Shown: one piece after another, positions 4,555 through 9,907 of the stretch
Layout: every line of letters begins with the position of its first letter
Position numbering within the stretch: the first letter of the stretch is position 1
From: a virus
Taxonomy: Duplodnaviria > Heunggongvirae > Uroviricota > Caudoviricetes
Strand: one strand, 5' to 3'
IMG/VR virus record: IMGVR_UViG_2534682160_000014
DNA length: 9,907 nt
Notes under the pieces: generated by a model
What the model saw: only the letters and a program-made list of their open reading frames with translations
Told to the model about the DNA's origin: nothing
Database searches by the model: none
Program-made: the position numbers and the translations under genes

Positions 4555-5960
4555 AACTGGCACCGAACGTAAAACGATTACCGAAAGATAAATACACCGA
4601 TGCGATTATTTTTGCGGGTATTGATGCTCATTCATTCGCAGAGCATTACATCATTGCACAGGCCAAAAAAGCAGGCGATCCAGTCCCTCCCGTTTATCTG
4701 GGGCGTTATCAGTTAAGCGAACTGGATAACCTCCAGATTGTTGATGATGGGCGATACAGGGCGACGGTGATACGTGCCGGAAATATTGAAGAGCCGCAGC
4801 TGTTAACCATCGCCACGAAACTGGCGATCGCCGGAGTCCAGGAGGCGCGGCTACTTTCTGAAAATTTAGAATTGCTGGAGGAATGGAGCGACCAGCTTCC
4901 ACGGCTTAGGGAGGCATGGGAACGCGGGGAAAGCCTGGTCATGAAAAAAATCCCCCAGCGAAAAACCAAGCTACCGATGAGCGTTGGATCTACCGGATAC
5001 GACACACAGCTTGATTACGTGGTAAAGGGGATTATTCCGGCATCGTCGCTTTGCAGCATATACGGGGCGAGCGGTTCCTATAAATCATTCCTTGCCGGAT
5101 CGTGGGCGTGTCACGTTTCCACGGGCCGCCAGTGGGGAGGCCGCAGGGTGGCGCATGGCGCTGTTCTCTATGTGGTTGGTGAAGGCGGTATAGGCGTTCC
5201 GCGTCGTGTAAAAGCCTGGGAGGTTGTGCACGATGAGCAGGTGAAAAATCTGTATCTGGTAAACCGTCCCATCTTTCCGGCTGCCCCGCTTGATATTGAT
5301 GAAATGGTTATCGCTGCCAGCCAGGTGGAGCGGGAAACGGGTAAACCGGTCCGAATGATTATTCTGGATACGCTGGCGCGTTGCTTTGGCGGCAATGATG
5401 AAAATGATTCCCGTGATATGGGGGCGTTTATCCGTGGGTGTGACGAACTGAAACGGCGCACAGGGGCCACGGTGCTGGTGGTTCACCATTCCGGCAAGGA
5501 TGAGACGAAAGGCGCGCGCGGTTCCAGTGCATTTCGTGCATCACTGGATGCTGAATACCGGATACGCAGGGAGGACGCAGGAAGCGAAGCGCTGGTTATC
5601 TCATGCACCAAAATGAAGGACGCGGAGGAACTCAAAGAAGCCGCATATGACTTACGCGTGGTGGAGCTTTTTACCGACGCTGACGGTGAGTTAATCACGT
5701 CGCTGGTGGTGGTGGATAAGCCGCGCCCTCCCGTTGAACTGGAGCGCATCGAGGAGGCAGGGAACAAGACGGAGAATCACGCCGCGCTATGGCAGTGCAT
5801 CAGAACACGAACAGCACACGGGGAGGCGTGCACTATCGCCCTTCTCCGCGACGATATGAAAAAGCTGGGGTATGAGATGAAGCACTTCCGGCGCTGGCTG
5901 TACAAGCTGGAAAATGATGGCGTAATCGTTATTGACGGTGATGACGTGCGCCCGCTGTAA
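4551..5960 (+). CDS. Replication initiator / helicase-like ATPase (RepA / AAA_25-like, RecA-fold) of the island
   Basis: 469 aa. P-loop-like GASGSYKS (5064-5087), and HHSGKDETKGARGSSAF, a motif typical of RepA/DnaB-like AAA_25 ATPases. An iteron array starts immediately downstream of the stop. Confidence 0.75.
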   Translation: MKLAPNVKRLPKDKYTDAIIFAGIDAHSFAEHYIIAQAKKAGDPVPPVYLGRYQLSELDNLQIVDDGRYRATVIRAGNIEEPQLLTIATKLAIAGVQEARLLSENLELLEEWSDQLPRLREAWERGESLVMKKIPQRKTKLPMSVGSTGYDTQLDYVVKGIIPASSLCSIYGASGSYKSFLAGSWACHVSTGRQWGGRRVAHGAVLYVVGEGGIGVPRRVKAWEVVHDEQVKNLYLVNRPIFPAAPLDIDEMVIAASQVERETGKPVRMIILDTLARCFGGNDENDSRDMGAFIRGCDELKRRTGATVLVVHHSGKDETKGARGSSAFRASLDAEYRIRREDAGSEALVISCTKMKDAEELKEAAYDLRVVELFTDADGELITSLVVVDKPRPPVELERIEEAGNKTENHAALWQCIRTRTAHGEACTIALLRDDMKKLGYEMKHFRRWLYKLENDGVIVIDGDDVRPL

Positions 5961-6165
5961 AAAGTGGGGAGTAAAAGTGGGGAGAGTGGGGGATTTAACA
6001 AAATTGAAACATAATTACCCACTTTCCCACCTGTATACACCCAAAAAAGTGGGGAGTAAAAAACATATTGAAAAACATAACGTTAGAATCACAAAAAAAA
6101 GAGGTGGGGAGACGGTGGGTAATTTCAAAAAGTGGGGAGCAAAAGTGGGGAGTAGTGGGGAATGA
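5960..6165 (+). repeat. Iteron-type replication origin (ori)
   Basis: Eight or more direct copies of (A)AAAGTGGGGAG and variants at about 5963, 5976, 5985, 6048, 6103, 6131, 6145 and 6154; one inverted partial copy (cccacttt, 6018-6025); AT-rich spacers at 6001-6017 and 6057-6100. Positioned directly 3' of rep. Confidence 0.75.
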
Positions 6166-6413
6166 ACAGAAAAACCAGAGATAAGACAGCGCCAAAATAT
6201 AAAGCGTTAGACATGACAGAGCACGCCTTAAAGGTGGCAATCAGAACGATAGACCGCCACGCGGGGGAAGGATACGCGAAGGAACATCCCGACCTGATAA
6301 GCGCATTCATGACCACAGCAGCGGCAAACTTTGCCACGCTGACAGAACGGGAGATTGCCGAAGCGGAACAGGTAACAACCATCAACGTTAAAACCGGAGA
6401 GGGGGCAGTATGA
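6162..6413 (+). CDS. Hypothetical protein (83 aa)
   Basis: ATG 6162 lies inside the last iteron (GGAG 8 nt upstream). The stop overlaps the ssb start (ATGA at 6410-6413). Confidence 0.5.
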   Translation: MNRKTRDKTAPKYKALDMTEHALKVAIRTIDRHAGEGYAKEHPDLISAFMTTAAANFATLTEREIAEAEQVTTINVKTGEGAV

Positions 6414-6820
6414 CGGCACAGATAGCCGCTTACGGGCGGCTGGTGGACGACCCGCAGGTAAAACAGACCAGCAAGGGCACACCAATGACGCTGGCTCGTA
6501 TGGCGGTATCGCTGCCATGCAGCCAGGCACAGGACGGACAGGCGACGTTATGGCTGTCGGTCATCGCATTTGGCAAGCAGGCCGACTACCTGGCTAAACA
6601 TCAAAAAGGCGATGTTGCCAGCGTATCCGGCACGATACAGGTTAGCCAGTGGACCGGACAGAACGGGGAAACGCGGCAGGGTTATCAGGTTATCGCAGAC
6701 AGTGTAATCAGTGCCAGTGCTGCCCGTCCTGGCGGGAGCCGACGCAAGACCACAGGCACACAGGGTAATCAGCCACCAGCTGGAGGCGATGACCCCTACG
6801 GTGACAATATTCCTTTCTGA
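6410..6820 (+). CDS. ssb: Single-stranded DNA-binding protein
   Basis: 136 aa. OB-fold-like N-terminal region (…GRLVDDPQVKQT…WLSVIAFGKQADYLAKHQKGD…), Gly/Pro-rich linker, and an acidic C-terminal tail DDPYGDNIPF matching the SSB DDDIPF-type tip. Confidence 0.8.
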   Translation: MTAQIAAYGRLVDDPQVKQTSKGTPMTLARMAVSLPCSQAQDGQATLWLSVIAFGKQADYLAKHQKGDVASVSGTIQVSQWTGQNGETRQGYQVIADSVISASAARPGGSRRKTTGTQGNQPPAGGDDPYGDNIPF

Positions 6821-6828
6821 ACATCATG

Positions 6829-6851
6829 GCCGGAGAAAATCCGGCTTTTTT
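6829..6851 (+). terminator. Rho-independent terminator after ssb
   Basis: gccgg-agaaaat-ccggc hairpin followed by T6 (6846-6851). Confidence 0.8.
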
Positions 6852-6856
6852 GTAGG

Positions 6857-6926
6857 TACTCCTGGTGGGGGTGGCCTGTCCACGGGGCGGGAGGGCGCGG
6901 AAAAAGGCGCATTTTTTGATTTTTAT
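6857..6926 (+). repeat. Conserved G-rich repeat R, copy 1 (immediately after the terminator)
   Basis: tactcctggtgggggtggcctgtccacggggcgggagggcgcggaaaaaggcgcattttttgatttttat. About 85% identical over ~65 bp to 9393-9460, at the same distance from the preceding stop codon. Confidence 0.7.
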
Positions 6927-7030
6927 GGCACCATCACCACCACTATAAGCTATTGATATATTGAGAAATAAAAATTTTTAGTGTCGGATCAGGTTGTTTT
7001 TGTTCATCGCTGGAACGTTCCCGAAAACAT

Positions 7031-7086
7031 TTACAAAAAAACAGGCGCAAAAAAAGCGCCCCCGATTGCTGTTACCGGAGGCGCTT
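7031..7086. terminator. Terminator- or attenuator-like alternative hairpins
   Basis: ggcgc-A7-gcgcc hairpin (7044-7060) with a U-run on the minus-strand side (7031-7043). The same gcgcc segment can instead pair with ggcgct (7079-7084), which is followed by TTTT on the plus strand. Confidence 0.3.
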
Positions 7087-7279
7087 TTACACGACAAAGG
7101 AGTTTTTATCGCCAGGATGACGAGTCTTAATATTGCTTCAATGGCAAAAATGCGTCAATGGCTTTGCCTCTCTGAGAATAATCAGAAAAAACATAATCTG
7201 ATTTTCAGGTAGAAAATGATTTATCTATTACTTTTATCGATCAATAATGATGCCCGTTAATCAAAACGGAGGCGGATTT

Positions 7280-7474
7280 ATGCCAGAGAACAACACCAGA
7301 AAGCCGGATAAAAGTGCCACGGTACACATAGACGCCGGAACTATGGAGAAGATCGAACGCTATCAGCAGTTCATCAAAGATAATCACCCGGGTATGCCAG
7401 TACCCACGAAAGGACAAATCACACGCAGCGCGGTTGAATACTGGTACCAGGCAACGTTAGGAGCCTGGCTATGA
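7280..7474 (+). CDS. Hypothetical small protein (64 aa; the track ORF starts at 7247), translationally coupled to the protease
   Basis: ATG 7280 with SD GGAGG 7 nt upstream. The stop overlaps the protease start (ATGA at 7471-7474). Function unknown; a small DNA-binding role is only a guess. Confidence 0.5.
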   Translation: MPENNTRKPDKSATVHIDAGTMEKIERYQQFIKDNHPGMPVPTKGQITRSAVEYWYQATLGAWL

Positions 7475-8070
7475 AAACATGGTTTTCCATTAAGGCTATG
7501 GCAGATGTTGTCTATGTGCGTATTTATGACGAGATCGGCGGGTACGGTGTAAAAGCATCGGCACTTACTGACGAGATCAACGCGTGTGGTAATGCGTCTG
7601 AAATCCATCTTCGCATCCATTCACCTGGTGGCGACATCTTTGAAGGGCTGGCTATCTATAACGCCCTGAAAAATCATCCGGCAAAGAAAATTGTACACAT
7701 TGAAGGCATGGCGGCTTCTATGGCCTCGCTTATTGCCATGTGTGGCGATCACATCGTTATGCCTGAAAACGCGATGATGATGATACATGCCCCCCGTGGT
7801 GTTACTGCCGGAGTGTCGGGCGACGTTCGCCGCTTTGCTGACCTGATGGACAAGCTGGGCGACACGATGGCGGAAACCTACGCCGGAAGAACGGGCAGGA
7901 GCAAACAGGAGATCACCTCAATGATGGAGGCGGAAACCTGGATGGATGGCAATGAGTGTAAGGCTAACGGCTTCGCAGATGAGGTTATACCCGCGATTAC
8001 AGCAATGGCCCGAATTGAATCAAAACGAATCGGAGATTTTTCAAATATGCCGGAAAAATTAAAAGCATGA
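7471..8070 (+). CDS. ClpP-like (S14 family) serine protease; prohead maturation protease
   Basis: 199 aa with ClpP-type motifs: HSPGGDIFEGLAIYNAL, catalytic Ser context GMAASMASLIAM, His context MMMIHAPRG. Immediately precedes the capsid gene with an ATGA overlap. Confidence 0.88.
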   Translation: MKTWFSIKAMADVVYVRIYDEIGGYGVKASALTDEINACGNASEIHLRIHSPGGDIFEGLAIYNALKNHPAKKIVHIEGMAASMASLIAMCGDHIVMPENAMMMIHAPRGVTAGVSGDVRRFADLMDKLGDTMAETYAGRTGRSKQEITSMMEAETWMDGNECKANGFADEVIPAITAMARIESKRIGDFSNMPEKLKA

Positions 8071-9359
8071 TCAGCCAGAAAACTGGCAGTGGCGAACAGG
8101 AACGACTTAACGGAATCCGTGAATTGTTTGGCACCTTCAACGGAAGATATAACGACCTGGCTATAAGTTGTCTTGCGGATTCAGAATGTAGCGTTGAGAA
8201 TGCACGCGAACGCCTTTTACTCGCTATGGGTAAAGAATCAACGCCAACAAACAAAACCACCCCCGCAAATCTTTACTACGCGTACACGGGTAACGGCAAT
8301 ATAACCGGCGATGCCATGCGTCAGGGGCTTAATGCGCGTCTTGGTCACGAACGGGCCGAACGCGGTAATCCTTACGCCATGATGAGCCTTTTCGATATGG
8401 CACAGGCATCATTAACCCATCGTGGTATAAGCACGGGCAGCTACAGCACACGCTCGCAGATAGTAAACGCGGCATTCACCCACAGCAGCAGCGATTTTAC
8501 CGATATCCTTGCTGGTGGCGCTGAAAAATCAGTGCTTGCAGGCTGGGAGCACAGCGGCGAAACATTCCGCCAGTGGACGAAAAAAGGTTCCCTTTCAAAC
8601 TTCCGGGAAGCCCGCCGCGTTGGTATGAATGGCTTCTCAACGTTAAACAAAGTGCCGGAAGGGGCAGAATATAAATACATCACCACCAGCGATCGCGGTG
8701 AACCCATCGCGCTGGCTACTTACGGGAATATTTTCAGCATTACCCGCCAGGCGATAATCAATGATGACCTTGATCAGTTATCAACGGTGCCAATGGCTAT
8801 GGGCCGTGCAGCATCAAGAACGGTGGGAAATCTGGTTAATCTGATGCTTACAAGCAACGTAAAACTTTCTGACGGAATAACGCTGTTTGACAAAAAACAC
8901 AGCAACCTGATTGAAGCAGGACTGACAACACCGGGACTTAGTGCAGCACGTCACCTGATGCGCACACAGAAGGACAAAAATGGCGAAGTGCTGAATATTG
9001 CGCCTAAATTCCTTTTAGTTCCGGCAGCACTGGAAGATCGCGCGTTGCAGATGATTAACTCAACCGCACCTTTCGGGGCTGATAAAAACAGCGGGATCTT
9101 TAACCCGTATCACAAGCTACTTGATATCATCGTCGATCCCCGCCTTGATGATATCAGCGAAAAACAATGGTACATGCTTTCCGCACAGGGAACGGACACA
9201 ATCGAGGTGGCTTATCTTGATGGCAATGACGAGCCTTACCTTGAACAGCAGGAAGGTTTTATCGTTGACGGCGTGGCCTGGAAAGTCCGTATTGATGCAG
9301 GTGTGGCAGCTCTGGATTATCGCGGTATGGTCAAATCAGGCGGGACAGATTCACTATGA
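8067..9359 (+). CDS. Major capsid protein, HK97-fold family (probably with N-terminal delta/scaffold-like region)
   Basis: 430 aa, directly downstream of and overlapping the prohead protease gene, which is the usual protease-capsid order in HK97-like head modules. Size and position support the call; the fold assignment is by family knowledge, not a search. Confidence 0.75.
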   Translation: MISQKTGSGEQERLNGIRELFGTFNGRYNDLAISCLADSECSVENARERLLLAMGKESTPTNKTTPANLYYAYTGNGNITGDAMRQGLNARLGHERAERGNPYAMMSLFDMAQASLTHRGISTGSYSTRSQIVNAAFTHSSSDFTDILAGGAEKSVLAGWEHSGETFRQWTKKGSLSNFREARRVGMNGFSTLNKVPEGAEYKYITTSDRGEPIALATYGNIFSITRQAIINDDLDQLSTVPMAMGRAASRTVGNLVNLMLTSNVKLSDGITLFDKKHSNLIEAGLTTPGLSAARHLMRTQKDKNGEVLNIAPKFLLVPAALEDRALQMINSTAPFGADKNSGIFNPYHKLLDIIVDPRLDDISEKQWYMLSAQGTDTIEVAYLDGNDEPYLEQQEGFIVDGVAWKVRIDAGVAALDYRGMVKSGGTDSL

Positions 9360-9365
9360 CAACAA

Positions 9366-9387
9366 GGCGGCACCAGCCGCCTTTTTT
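9366..9387 (+). terminator. Rho-independent terminator after the capsid gene
   Basis: ggcggc-acca-gccgcc hairpin followed by T6 (9382-9387). Confidence 0.8.
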
Positions 9388-9392
9388 GCGGG

Positions 9393-9460
9393 TCCTCCTG
9401 GTGGGGTGGGCCTGAACACGGGGCGGGCGGCGCGGAAAAAAGCGCATTTTTGTGATTTTA
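9393..9460 (+). repeat. Conserved G-rich repeat R, copy 2
   Basis: tcctcctggtggggtgggcctgaacacggggcgggcggcgcggaaaaaagcgcatttttgtgatttta; followed by a (CAT)4 run at 9466-9477. Confidence 0.7.
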
Positions 9461-9616
9461 TCGTCATCATCATCATGTGTGTAACCTGTTGTTTTTAATG
9501 TGGTTGATGCAAAAAAGATGATGATTGCGGTTAATTTTTGTTCGACATCTTTTAGCGTGACAGATTCTTTACAAAAAATCTGAGCTTGTTTTCTTCACCA
9601 GCGCGATGGGGGCACA

Positions 9617-9907
9617 ATGACAGAAGCCGAAATACTGGGATTAATCCGCCGCGTCGCCGGAATCAGCCAGCAGGCTGACGAACAGGCCACGCAGCCGGAC
9701 AGCATGACCGCCGAAAATTATGCGCGTGTTGTTGCTGAGGTGATGCGCCGTGATGGTATCCAGCTTAATGATGCGGATATGCGCGACATACGGATCCGCG
9801 TTCTGGAAATGCTGGCCTACAATCGCCGCGTTGAACTGTATCGGGAGAAAGAAAAATTACGTACCACTGGAAAAAGCCGGAGCGGTTACGGCGTTAACGA
9901 GTTGTGA
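9617..9907 (+). CDS. Hypothetical protein (96 aa); by position possibly a head-completion / head-tail connector type protein
   Basis: ATG 9617 with a GGGGG SD. Stop TGA at 9905-9907, the window end. The functional guess is from gene order after the capsid gene only. Confidence 0.45.
   Translation: MTEAEILGLIRRVAGISQQADEQATQPDSMTAENYARVVAEVMRRDGIQLNDADMRDIRIRVLEMLAYNRRVELYREKEKLRTTGKSRSGYGVNEL

Larger units (their letters stand above)
1..9907 (+). mobile_element. Partial phage satellite / phage-inducible chromosomal island, capsid-forming (cf-PICI-like) type; both ends lie outside the window
   Basis: Gene order int - alpA-like - repressor switch - rep + iteron ori - ssb - prohead protease - major capsid protein, nearly all on the + strand with ATGA start/stop overlaps. 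No tail, lysis or terminase genes within the window. Assignment is inference from content and order. Confidence 0.6.

Noticed and set aside
4651-5767. Several minus-strand ORFs (83-134 aa) inside rep
   Set aside because: All are antisense to the 469-aa rep gene, which has recognisable ATPase motifs. They are Ser/Arg-rich shadow ORFs.
5960-6165. Possible CRISPR array
   Set aside because: Repeats are only 9-12 bp with irregular, mostly AT-rich spacers of 2-45 bp, and there are no cas genes. The pattern fits iterons.
5777-6385. ORFs on both strands overlapping the iteron array (for example 5932..6165 plus, 5995..6240 minus)
   Set aside because: Their repetitive peptides (KKWGVKVG… and similar) are direct translations of the AGTGGGGAG iterons. 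The repeats are far better explained as an origin.
6916-6950. Sigma-54-type promoter at TGGCAC (6927-6932)
   Set aside because: The required -12 element (TTGC-like, GC about 10 bp downstream of the GG) is absent.
6711-6956. 81-aa plus-strand ORF spanning the ssb 3' end and R copy 1; analogous ORF 9121..9498 across R copy 2
   Set aside because: Both start inside well-supported genes in another frame and cross a strong terminator. Their similar Gly-rich peptides just reflect the repeated R nucleotide sequence.
1-9907. tRNA or attachment site next to the integrase
   Set aside because: The window starts exactly at the int ATG, so the expected tRNA or attL side is not present, and I see no tRNA-like structure elsewhere.

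Overview
This 9.9-kb window reads as the integrase-proximal part of an enterobacterial phage satellite of the capsid-forming PICI type; that identification is inferred from gene content, and no search was run. Left to right: a P4-family tyrosine integrase starting at base 1, a small ORF with a strong intrinsic terminator, and an AlpA-like regulator split across two reading frames at an A6 tract. Next comes a ~1.4-kb regulatory region that resolves into two tandem paralogous leftward modules, each with a ribbon-helix-helix repressor, a conserved 44-nt hairpin element and a small protein, plus its own divergent promoter, operator and a second conserved hairpin. After that a rightward operon runs through four overlapping small ORFs, a RepA/AAA_25-like replication ATPase, an iteron origin, a small ORF and an SSB. 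A terminator plus a conserved ~65-bp G-rich repeat follows, then a small ORF, a ClpP-like prohead protease and an HK97-like major capsid protein, a second terminator-plus-repeat copy, and a 96-aa ORF ending at the window edge. I saw no tRNA, rRNA, CRISPR array or IS element. The observations most worth following up are the duplicated repressor modules with their conserved RNA-like elements, the frameshifted alpA, and the terminator-associated G-rich repeat pair. All functional calls rest on translation and motif recognition by eye.
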